From positions 44,683 to 108,682 of the forward strand of contig JAGONC010000002.1 of assembly GCA_017993235.1 (NCBI GenBank): DNA of 64,000 nt, read 5' to 3'. Each line of letters starts with the position of its first letter. The stretch's first letter is position 1. This DNA comes from Lentimicrobiaceae bacterium (GTDB lineage: Bacteria > Bacteroidota > Bacteroidia > Bacteroidales > JAGONC01). Of this stretch, positions 38,753-46,044 are shown one piece after another. Under the pieces are notes generated by a model that was not told the DNA's origin, searched no databases, and worked only from the letters and a program-made list of their open reading frames with translations. A program made the position numbers and the translations under genes.

Positions 38753-39265
38753 ATGTATGCAATCGTTGATATAGCAGGGCAACAGTTCAGGGTTGAACAG
38801 GGTCAGGAAGTCTTTGTTCACCGCCTGCAGGGCGAGGAAGGTTCACAGGTCCGGTTTGAGGAAGTCTTACTGGTGGATGCCGATGGCAAAATCAGGGTGG
38901 GAACACCTGTGGTTGAAGGTGCAGTGGTCTCCGCAAAGATCCTTTCACACCTGAAGGGTGACAAAGTATTGATTTTTAAAAAGAAAAAAAGAAAAGGCTA
39001 CCAGAAACTGACCGGTCACCGCGACTACCTTACGCGTATTCTTATTGAAGATATTTCATTGACCGAAAAGAAAAGAGATAAACCGAAGGAAAAGAAAGAA
39101 CCGGTTGTGGAAGAACAGGCTGCCCCTGCTGCCGAAACGATCATCGAAAGCAGCCCTGTACCCCAGGCGGTAACGGATGAGATGGCACCGGAAGAACCCA
39201 AGGCAAAGAAGCCGCGGAAAAGGCCGGTAAAAAAAGTTGAGGAAGAGGGAACGGAGGAGAAGTAG
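38753..39265 (+). CDS. rplU: Ribosomal protein L21 with a ~65-aa K/E/P-rich C-terminal extension
   Basis: MYAIVDIAGQQFRVEQGQEVFVHRL..KVLIFKKKKRKGYQKLTGHRDYLTRILIEDI is the L21 core. The tail is EKKRDKPKEKKEPVVEEQAAPAAE..PKAKKPRKRPVKKVEEEGTEEK. Confidence 0.9.
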   Translation: MYAIVDIAGQQFRVEQGQEVFVHRLQGEEGSQVRFEEVLLVDADGKIRVGTPVVEGAVVSAKILSHLKGDKVLIFKKKKRKGYQKLTGHRDYLTRILIEDISLTEKKRDKPKEKKEPVVEEQAAPAAETIIESSPVPQAVTDEMAPEEPKAKKPRKRPVKKVEEEGTEEK

Positions 39266-39268
39266 GCG

Positions 39269-39312
39269 GTTGGCAGTTGGCAGTCAGCAGTCAACAGTCA
39301 GCAGTCAGCAGT
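39269..39312 (+). repeat. Heptamer array of the GTCAGCA/GTTGGCA family (x6)
   Basis: The array reads GTTGGCA GTTGGCA GTCAGCA GTCAACA GTCAGCA GTCAGCA GT and begins 3 nt after the rplU stop. Confidence 0.9.
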
Positions 39313-39316
39313 AAAT

Positions 39317-39334
39317 AAGCTTGCAGCTTGAAGC
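39317..39334 (-). repeat. Inverted copy of the AAGCTGC-family words
   Basis: The reverse complement of AAGCTTGCAGCTTGAAGC is GCTTCAAGCTGCAAGCTT, which contains the 14-mer CAAGCTGCAAGCTT found at 38564-38577. Confidence 0.7.
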
Positions 39335-39360
39335 CAATATATTTAGAAACATAATTAACC

Positions 39361-39630
39361 ATGGCACATAAAAAAGGAGTGGGTAGTTCACGTAATGGCC
39401 GTGAATCCCATAGCAAAAGACTGGGCGTTAAGGTGTTTGGCGGGCAATTCGCAAGGGCCGGAAACATCATTGTCAGGCAGAGGGGAACCAAACATAATCC
39501 CGGACTGAATGTCGCAATTGGCAAGGACCACACCCTGTTTGCTCTGGTGGATGGTACCGTTGAGTTCAGCAAGCATAGGGACGACAGATCGTATGTGTCG
39601 GTAATACCCGCTGAGAATCCGCAGGAATAG
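39361..39630 (+). CDS. rpmA: Ribosomal protein L27
   Basis: The sequence reads [54 protein letters not shown]. Confidence 0.95.
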   Translation: MAHKKGVGSSRNGRESHSKRLGVKVFGGQFARAGNIIVRQRGTKHNPGLNVAIGKDHTLFALVDGTVEFSKHRDDRSYVSVIPAENPQE

Positions 39631-39664
39631 AACCGATCATTGACCGGTCGCTCCAAAAAGAAAA

Positions 39665-39698
39665 ATCTCCTGGTTGATTATCAGGGGATTTTTTTTTA
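39665..39698 (+). terminator. Rho-independent terminator after rpmA
   Basis: The stem ATCTCCTG/CAGGGGAT (one G:T pair) has a 9-nt loop and is followed by T9. Confidence 0.75.
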
Positions 39699-39713
39699 GA
39701 AATGGTTACTTTT

Positions 39714-39730
39714 GTTGCAGGTTGCAGGTT
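39714..39730 (+). repeat. GTTGCAG heptamer repeat (x2.5)
   Basis: The repeat reads GTTGCAG GTTGCAG GTT. It is the reverse complement of the CTGCAAC words at 38596-38602 and 38643-38649. Confidence 0.7.
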
Positions 39731-39749
39731 AAGGGGTACAGATTGTCAA

Positions 39750-39799
39750 ATGACTATGAATGACTATGAATGACTACGAATGACCATAAATGACGCGAG
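39750..39799 (+). repeat. Decamer array (ATGACTATGA) x5, decaying 3'-ward
   Basis: The array reads ATGACTATGA ATGACTATGA ATGACTACGA ATGACCATAA ATGACGCGAG and merges into the cassette at 39784-39831. Confidence 0.85.
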
Positions 39800-39831
39800 G
39801 CCTTCAGGCCGAGCATATCACAACGAATAAC
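39784..39831 (+). repeat. Third copy of the 48-bp ATGACGCGAGG-hairpin-CCGAGCA cassette, in the serS 5' leader
   Basis: CCATAAATGACGCGAGGCCTTCAGGCCGAGCATATCACAACGAATAAC is collinear with 51529-51576. The flanks are conserved, while the inner stem-loop changes from GGCGC-GAA-GCGCC to GGCC-TTCA-GGCC. Confidence 0.8.
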
Positions 39832-39837
39832 AATATC

Positions 39838-41106
39838 ATGTTAGAATTAAGCTTTATCCGTGACCACAGGCAGGAAGTTATCCAGCGCCTGGGAATCAAA
39901 AACTTTAAAGCGATTCATCTGGTGGACGAGATCCAGCAGGTGGATTCCGACCGGCGGAAGATCCAGAAAACCCTCGATGATATTCTGGCAGAATCAAACC
40001 AGGCTGCCCGGGAGATCGGGATCCTGTACAAGAGTGGCCGGGTGGAGGAAGCCAGTGAACTGAAAGAAAAGACTGCCGTGTGGAAGGTACAGTCCAGGGA
40101 ACTGGGCGAAAGGCTGACTGAAACCGAAAACCGGTTGAACGACCTGCTGGTGCAATTGCCCAACCTCCCTCATGCATCCGTACCACGAGGCTATTCAGCC
40201 GAACAGAACGAGAATGTCTATCAGGAGGGTGCTTTGCCTGACCTTGGCCCGGAAGCCATGCCACACTGGGATCTGATCCGCAGATACGACATCATTGACT
40301 TTGAGCTGGGCAATAAGGTGACAGGTGCCGGTTTTCCGTTCTATAAAGGCAAAGGTGCAAAATTACAGCGGGCCCTGATCACTTTCTTCCTGGAGTCGGC
40401 TGTCAAGGCCGGATACCTTGAAATCCAGCCTCCCCTGCTGGTCAATGCAGATTCCGGATATGGCACCGGCCAGCTTCCCGATAAGGATGGCCAGATGTAC
40501 CTCGTGACGGAGGAAAATTATTACCTGATCCCGACGGCTGAAGTGCCCATTACAAACATGTACCGCAACGTTATTCTTCCTGCTGAAAGCCTGCCCGTTA
40601 AAAATGTGGCGTATTCGAACTGTTTTCGCCGCGAGGCAGGTTCGTGGGGCAAAGATGTCAGGGGATTGAACCGTTTGCATCAGTTCGACAAGGTCGAAAT
40701 CGTGCAGATCGTGCATCCGGACAAATCCTACGAAGCGCTTGAGGAGATGCGTACTCATGTTGCAGGCCTTCTCCATGCACTGCAGCTGCCCTTTCGTATC
40801 ATGAAACTCTGTGGAGGGGATTTGAGCTTTACCAGTGCCCTGACCTATGATTTCGAGGTTTATTCTGCTGCACAGGCAAGATGGCTGGAAGTCAGTTCCG
40901 TATCCAACTTTGAATCGTTCCAGTCGAACCGGATGAAATTACGCTTCAAAGACCAGGAGGGAAAAACCAGGCTGGCCCATACACTAAACGGCAGTGCCCT
41001 GGCGTTACCCAGGGTGGTGGCCGCTCTGCTGGAAAATAACCAGGGTGCGAACGGGATGACGATTCCCGAAGTATTGGTACCGTATACCGGGTTTGGAATG
41101 ATTTGA
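39838..41106 (+). CDS. serS: Seryl-tRNA synthetase
   Basis: A start at MLELSFIRDHRQEV matches the SerRS N-terminus. The class II motifs FRREAGS and GSALALPR are present. The 48-nt upstream extension in the ORF track is an artefact of the repeat cassette. Confidence 0.95.
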   Translation: MLELSFIRDHRQEVIQRLGIKNFKAIHLVDEIQQVDSDRRKIQKTLDDILAESNQAAREIGILYKSGRVEEASELKEKTAVWKVQSRELGERLTETENRLNDLLVQLPNLPHASVPRGYSAEQNENVYQEGALPDLGPEAMPHWDLIRRYDIIDFELGNKVTGAGFPFYKGKGAKLQRALITFFLESAVKAGYLEIQPPLLVNADSGYGTGQLPDKDGQMYLVTEENYYLIPTAEVPITNMYRNVILPAESLPVKNVAYSNCFRREAGSWGKDVRGLNRLHQFDKVEIVQIVHPDKSYEALEEMRTHVAGLLHALQLPFRIMKLCGGDLSFTSALTYDFEVYSAAQARWLEVSSVSNFESFQSNRMKLRFKDQEGKTRLAHTLNGSALALPRVVAALLENNQGANGMTIPEVLVPYTGFGMI

Positions 41107-41146
41107 GAGAGGAGAGAGGAGAAAGGAGAGAGGAGAAAGGAGAAAT
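41105..41146 (+). repeat. Purine heptamer array (GAGAGAG/GAGAAAG) x6
   Basis: The array reads GAGAGAG GAGAGAG GAGAAAG GAGAGAG GAGAAAG GAGAAAT and begins inside the serS TGA stop codon. Confidence 0.9.
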
Positions 41147-41157
41147 ATTATTACAGA

Positions 41158-43056
41158 ATGTTGATGTATTGGAAGATTTATAGGGAAATTGTACTATTTG
41201 TTATGGGGATGCTGTTACCGGCAATGATGATTTTTGCGCAGCAGCCGGAAACAAACCGGATCATCAGCAGAAGACCGGCATCCACCCGCCCCAGCAATGC
41301 CAGCAATGAAAGCCAGCTGGCTGCAGAATATTATTCACAACAACAATATGATAAAGCTGTTGTGCTCTATGAAAAACTCTACAATGAAAATCCAAGTTAT
41401 GTCAACTACAGCTATTATTATTTCAGCCTGATCCAGCTAGGCAGGTATAATGATGCTATAAAGCTGGTCAGGAAGCAAATCAGGGCTTATCCCGAAAAAT
41501 CACGTTATCTGGTCGACCTGGGCTATATCTACCAGATGTCGGACGAACCTGCCAGGGCTCAGAAGGAATACGAGGAAGCCCTTTCACGACTGCCTGCCGA
41601 TCGCAATGCTATCGTTGAACTTGCAGGAGCTTTTCAATCACGCCGGGAAATAGAATATGCTATCCGAACCTATAAAAGAGGCAAAGAATTACTGGGATAT
41701 TCTGAGCCCTTTTATCTGGAAATAGGCCAGATCTATGAAATGGAAGGTAAATATGAAGAAATGTTCAATGAATACCTTAATTTGATCGAGGTGGATCCTT
41801 CCAGGATCAACATCGTACAGAACCGGATCCAGAACAACCTGGCATCCGATCCGGACGGAACAAAAAGTGAATTGTTCAGGATGGTCCTTCTGAAGAGAGC
41901 ACAGGAATTCCCAGATAAGATCTATTATTCTGAAATGCTGATCTGGTATTCCATCCAGCAAAAGGATTTTAAAACGGCATTAATCCAGGCGAAGGCGCTC
42001 GACAGAAGATTCAATGAGGATGGTGCCCGGGTGTTTGAGATCGGCCAGTTATGTACATCCAATGAAGATTATGACGCTGCCGTGGATGCCTTCAGCTATA
42101 TTGTCAAAAAAGGCGAATCCTCAGGGCTGTACCTTTCAGCCCGCATTGAGCTGCTGAATGCCTCTTTTTTGAAGAGTACAAGCGTTTATCAACCCGAACA
42201 GCAGGTACTGCTGGACATGGATCAACATTTCGATCAATTGCTGAACGAGCTGGGTTACAATGGCACGACCTTATCCCTGATGCGAAACAGGGCACATTTG
42301 CAGGCTTTTTACCTGAACAGGCAACAGGATGCCATCGCATTGCTGGAAATCGCCCGACAGATAAAGACCCTGAAACCACAGCAACGCGCCGGGATAAAAA
42401 TGGAACTGGCGGACATTCTCTTATTTTCCGGTCAGCCCTGGGAAGCCACCTTATTATACTCGCAGGTGGAAAAAGAATTCAAGTACGAACCCATCGGGCA
42501 CGAGGCCAAATTCCGGAATGCCAGGCTATCCTTTTATATCAGTGAATTCCAGTGGGCAAAGGCCCAGCTCGATGTTTTAAAGGCTGCCACCTCCAAACTC
42601 ATCGCCAATGATGCCATGGAATTATCCCTGCTGATCCTCGACAATATGGATGAAGACAGCACCTACACCGTGCTGGGCAGGTATGCCAGGGCTGATTTCC
42701 TGGTTTTTCAGAACAAAGATGATCAGGCTCTCACGATACTTGACTCCCTGGAGCAGTCCTGCCCGGGTCATCCTATCGGGGATGACATTCTCTACAAAAA
42801 GGCTCAGATAAAACTCAGGGAGGGAAAATTTCACGAAGCCGACACCATTCTCCAGGAGTTGATCAGCCGTTATCCCTGGGACATCCTGGCCGATAACGCA
42901 CTGATGATGAGAGCCTCCCTGATGGAAGATCCGTTTAACGATCCGGCCAGGGCCATGGATCTCTACCAGCAGCTTATGGTGGATTATCCCGGAAGCCTTT
43001 TCGTGGTGGAAGCCCGTAAGCGGTTCAGGGAACTCAGGGGCGATGTGGTGAATTAG
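41158..43056 (+). CDS. Exported tetratricopeptide-repeat protein
   Basis: A signal peptide is followed by multiple 34-aa TPR-like units (A-x-x-x-Y-x-x-A-L-x-x-x-P pattern) throughout the protein. Confidence 0.8.
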   Translation: MLMYWKIYREIVLFVMGMLLPAMMIFAQQPETNRIISRRPASTRPSNASNESQLAAEYYSQQQYDKAVVLYEKLYNENPSYVNYSYYYFSLIQLGRYNDAIKLVRKQIRAYPEKSRYLVDLGYIYQMSDEPARAQKEYEEALSRLPADRNAIVELAGAFQSRREIEYAIRTYKRGKELLGYSEPFYLEIGQIYEMEGKYEEMFNEYLNLIEVDPSRINIVQNRIQNNLASDPDGTKSELFRMVLLKRAQEFPDKIYYSEMLIWYSIQQKDFKTALIQAKALDRRFNEDGARVFEIGQLCTSNEDYDAAVDAFSYIVKKGESSGLYLSARIELLNASFLKSTSVYQPEQQVLLDMDQHFDQLLNELGYNGTTLSLMRNRAHLQAFYLNRQQDAIALLEIARQIKTLKPQQRAGIKMELADILLFSGQPWEATLLYSQVEKEFKYEPIGHEAKFRNARLSFYISEFQWAKAQLDVLKAATSKLIANDAMELSLLILDNMDEDSTYTVLGRYARADFLVFQNKDDQALTILDSLEQSCPGHPIGDDILYKKAQIKLREGKFHEADTILQELISRYPWDILADNALMMRASLMEDPFNDPARAMDLYQQLMVDYPGSLFVVEARKRFRELRGDVVN

Positions 43057-43097
43057 TCGGCAGTTGGCAGTCAGCAGTCAGCAGTTGGCAATAGACA
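43056..43097 (+). repeat. Heptamer array of the GTCAGCA/GTTGGCA family (x6)
   Basis: The array reads GTCGGCA GTTGGCA GTCAGCA GTCAGCA GTTGGCA ATAGACA and begins on the last base of the TAG stop. ATTGACA ATTGACA follows at 43140-43153. Confidence 0.9.
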
Positions 43098-43140
43098 GGT
43101 AAGTACCAGCAGATTAAAATTTAATATCAAAAGTTGGCCA

Positions 43141-43935
43141 TTGACAATTGACAATTTCAGGGAATCGGTCAGGCCGAAGAAAAGGTGGGGTCAGCACTTT
43201 CTGGCTGATGAGAACATCGCCCGTAAGATCGTTGGCAGCCTTTCATCCCACCATCTGCAGGTGCTGGAAGTGGGACCCGGCCGGGGTGTTTTGACAAAAT
43301 ACCTCCTGCCATTGTTTCCTTCCCTGAAGGTGATCGAAATTGATCCGGAATCCGTCGGTTACCTGAACGAATTTCTCCCGGGTTTGGGTAACAGCATCAT
43401 TCAGGATGATTTTCTCAAAAAAGACCTGAAGGAGATCTTTGACGGACACTTCGCCATCGTGGGGAACTTTCCCTACAATATTTCATCCCAGATCCTGTTT
43501 CATCTCATCGCTCACCGTGACCAGGTGACCGAAGTGGTTGGCATGTTCCAGAAAGAGGTGGCGGAGAGGATCGTTTCGCCTCCCGGCAGCAAAAAGTATG
43601 GAATTCTCAGCGTTTTGACCGGGGCTTATTATGACATTGATTATCTCTTCACAGTGAGTGAAAACGTTTTTTTTCCTGCACCCAGGGTAAAATCATCCGT
43701 GATACGGCTGACCAGGAACCAGACGCATCATCTGGATTGCAATGAGGAATTTTTCTTTACCGTAGTCAAGACATCATTCAATCAACGCAGAAAAACCCTC
43801 CGGAATGCCTTGAAGATCCTATCCAAACATGCGATCCTGAGCGATCCTTTGTTTTCCCTTCGGGCAGAACAGCTTAGCATTCAGGATTTTATACGACTGA
43901 CAATCCTTTTGGAAGATTCTTTGGCCAATGGTTAA
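43141..43935 (+). CDS. rsmA: 16S rRNA (adenine1518/1519-N6)-dimethyltransferase
   Basis: KKRWGQHFL, the SAM motif VLEVGPGRGVLT and GNFPYNISSQILF are present. The start codon is uncertain: it is the TTG at 43141, and there is no nearby ATG. Confidence 0.9.
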   Translation: MTIDNFRESVRPKKRWGQHFLADENIARKIVGSLSSHHLQVLEVGPGRGVLTKYLLPLFPSLKVIEIDPESVGYLNEFLPGLGNSIIQDDFLKKDLKEIFDGHFAIVGNFPYNISSQILFHLIAHRDQVTEVVGMFQKEVAERIVSPPGSKKYGILSVLTGAYYDIDYLFTVSENVFFPAPRVKSSVIRLTRNQTHHLDCNEEFFFTVVKTSFNQRRKTLRNALKILSKHAILSDPLFSLRAEQLSIQDFIRLTILLEDSLANG

Positions 43936-44009
43936 TCGGATGGGCTATTACCTTATTCTCACCTGGGAACTTTACGGATCTTAATCGTAGCGGCTCCCGT
44001 GTATTTTAT

Positions 44010-44017
44010 TAATTTTG
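44010..44017 (+). promoter_or_regulatory. Bacteroidota -7 box TAATTTTG upstream of the ATG at 44035
   Basis: This is an exact TAnnTTTG match 17 nt before the ATG at 44035. It argues that 44035 is the ancestral start of the GT-C/TPR gene. Confidence 0.45.
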
Positions 44018-44034
44018 CCGGCAAATCAAAACCG

Positions 44035-44196
44035 ATGAAAAAATCCGGCACCAAACGTCCTCACAATCCAGATCTTAAGCCCCTTACACCCGCAAAATCC
44101 TAAAATCTCTGGATCTACGGACTGGTCATATTTCTTTTCGGTCTGGTCCTTTACGGGAACACCTATCGGAACAAATACTCCCTTGATGATCATCTG
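44035..44196 (+). pseudogene. Orphaned 5' segment of the GT-C/TPR gene, cut off by an in-frame TAA at 44101-44103
   Basis: The sequence reads ATG..MKKSGTKRPHNPDLKPLTPAKS-TAA-NLWIYGLVIFLFGLVLYGNTYRNKYSLDDHL and runs in frame into ORF 44197-46035. The segment after the stop encodes the first transmembrane helix and the D-D motif loop. Confidence 0.7.
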
Positions 44197-46035
44197 GTGA
44201 CGTACCCGAATGAACAGATCGCACAGGGATTAAAGGCAATTCCCGAAATCCTCACCTCGCGTTATGCTCAGGAAGAACAATTGACCTATGGTTATCGCCC
44301 GCTGGTCAAGATCACGTATGCGGTTGAATATGCCATCTGGGGATTCAAGCCAGGCCGTTCCCATATCTTCAATGCACTCTTCTATGCATTGACCGGACTT
44401 CTTCTTTTCCGGCTGCTGAAAAAACTGTTCAAAGATCATACGCCGGTCTTTCCCTTTCTCATCACCCTGTTATATCTTGCCCACCCCATACACACGGAGG
44501 TCGTGGCCAGCTTAAAGAACCGGGATGAACTGCTGGGCTTTCTTTTCAACATCCTGACGCTCCTCATGATCCTGCGTTTTACCGAAACAAGAAAAGTCCG
44601 TTTCATCCTGCTGAGCGTATTGATGTTCATTCTGGTACTGTTATCCAAACCCACAGCGGCGATCTTTTTCATCATCTTTCCCCTGGCCCTTTATTTCTTC
44701 ACAGACGTTAAGACAAAGCCCCTGCTTTATTCAGCTCTGTCGTTCTTGGGGCTTGTGATTCTGTTTCTTGTGTTCACCCGATTCATTCTCCCCGAAAACG
44801 TCAGACCGGTTCAGTATTACGAAAATCCGCTATTCTTTGAGAAAAACATCTGGCTAAGGATCGGGACGGGATTTTCCATTCTTCTGTTCTATCTCCGTAT
44901 GCTCCTTTTTCCGCATCCTCTGCGTTTCTACTATGGCTACGACATGATCCCCGTGGTCAATCTGGCGAATGGGTGGGTCATCCTGAGTATCGTGATCCAT
45001 CTGGCATTATTCATCTATGCATTGTATACGTTCAGGCGGAAACATATCCTCTCCTTTGCGATCCTGTATTATCTCCTGACGATGGCCATGTATTCCAATT
45101 TTATCCTGCCTTCACCCGGGATCGTCGCCGAACGGTACCTGTATGTTTCTTCCCTTGGATTCAGCATCGCATTGGTCTACCTTATTTTCAGGGTGTTTCG
45201 AAACTCTCCTGTCCCGGATGATCCTCCAAAAGCATCGCTTGCAGGGATCCTGGTTACCTGCCTGATCATCCTGATCCCCTATTCCGTTCATACCTTCAAC
45301 AGGAATAAGGACTGGAAGAATTACCTTACCCTTTATGAAAGCGATATCCCTTACCTTGAGCGGTCAGTCAAGGCTAATATGCTGTATGCCAGTTTGTTGA
45401 CAAGGGATGTCACCGAAACGATGGATATGGAGGAGCAGACGAAATGGATAGGGCTGATCAAAAAACATTATGATCAGGCATTAAAGGTCTATCCTGACAA
45501 TTTTGAAATCCTGAACAATTACGGTTCTTTTTATGCCTATACGCTGGGAGAGCCCGATAAGGCAATTCCATACCTGGTCAGGGCGGCCCGGCTTCAGCCG
45601 GAAAGACCCGAGCCGTACTTCAATCTGGGTTATACTTATAAAATGAAGGGAGATACAGTGAATGCCATTGCCAGTCTGCGGACCGCCAGCAGGCTGGAGC
45701 CAGCCAACGTAAACATCAAGTCAGAGCTGGCGAACCTTTATTTCGACGCCGATTCGCTAGCGGATGCCATAGCCTTGAATGAAGAGATCATCCGGCTGAA
45801 CCCTGCCCTATCCCTTCCGTATGTCAATCTGGGCAATTACCGGGCGAGTTTGGGCGATACGGTTCAGGCCATCCCCTACTGGGAGAAAGCGGTTTCCATC
45901 CAGCCTGAATACCGCCTGTGCATGATGATCAGCTGGTACTATCTTCACCAGCTCGACTCGGCAAGGACCTGGCAGTACTACAACATGGCACAGCGGGTAA
46001 AACCACGGATGATCAGAGAAGAAATGAAACGATAA
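44197..46035 (+). CDS. Polytopic membrane GT-C-like (PMT/ArnT/TMTC-type) domain fused to C-terminal TPR repeats
   Basis: The sequence ..YSLDDHL..YGYRPLVKITYAVEYAIWGF..SHIFNALFYAL.. follows the TMTC/PMT_2 loop pattern. About 9 further hydrophobic helices and at least 5 TPR units follow (YFNLGYTYKMKGDTVNAIASLRTASRLEPAN and others). As called, the ORF starts at a GTG and lacks TM1. Confidence 0.7.
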   Translation: MTYPNEQIAQGLKAIPEILTSRYAQEEQLTYGYRPLVKITYAVEYAIWGFKPGRSHIFNALFYALTGLLLFRLLKKLFKDHTPVFPFLITLLYLAHPIHTEVVASLKNRDELLGFLFNILTLLMILRFTETRKVRFILLSVLMFILVLLSKPTAAIFFIIFPLALYFFTDVKTKPLLYSALSFLGLVILFLVFTRFILPENVRPVQYYENPLFFEKNIWLRIGTGFSILLFYLRMLLFPHPLRFYYGYDMIPVVNLANGWVILSIVIHLALFIYALYTFRRKHILSFAILYYLLTMAMYSNFILPSPGIVAERYLYVSSLGFSIALVYLIFRVFRNSPVPDDPPKASLAGILVTCLIILIPYSVHTFNRNKDWKNYLTLYESDIPYLERSVKANMLYASLLTRDVTETMDMEEQTKWIGLIKKHYDQALKVYPDNFEILNNYGSFYAYTLGEPDKAIPYLVRAARLQPERPEPYFNLGYTYKMKGDTVNAIASLRTASRLEPANVNIKSELANLYFDADSLADAIALNEEIIRLNPALSLPYVNLGNYRASLGDTVQAIPYWEKAVSIQPEYRLCMMISWYYLHQLDSARTWQYYNMAQRVKPRMIREEMKR

Positions 46036-46044
46036 TTTGCGATC

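Noticed and set aside
39750-39837. An aminoacyl-tRNA-synthetase-specific leader (T-box-like) upstream of serS.
   Set aside because: The same cassette precedes an unrelated SDR gene. No specifier or antiterminator architecture is visible, and T-boxes are not expected in this phylum.
44101-44103. Stop-codon reassignment or programmed read-through as an explanation for the in-frame TAA here and the TAG at 5934-5936.
   Set aside because: TAA and TAG terminate many well-conserved genes in this same window at the expected positions (rfbA, rplU, the TPR protein, the PKD protein and others). The standard code applies, so a lesion or an alternative start is more likely.
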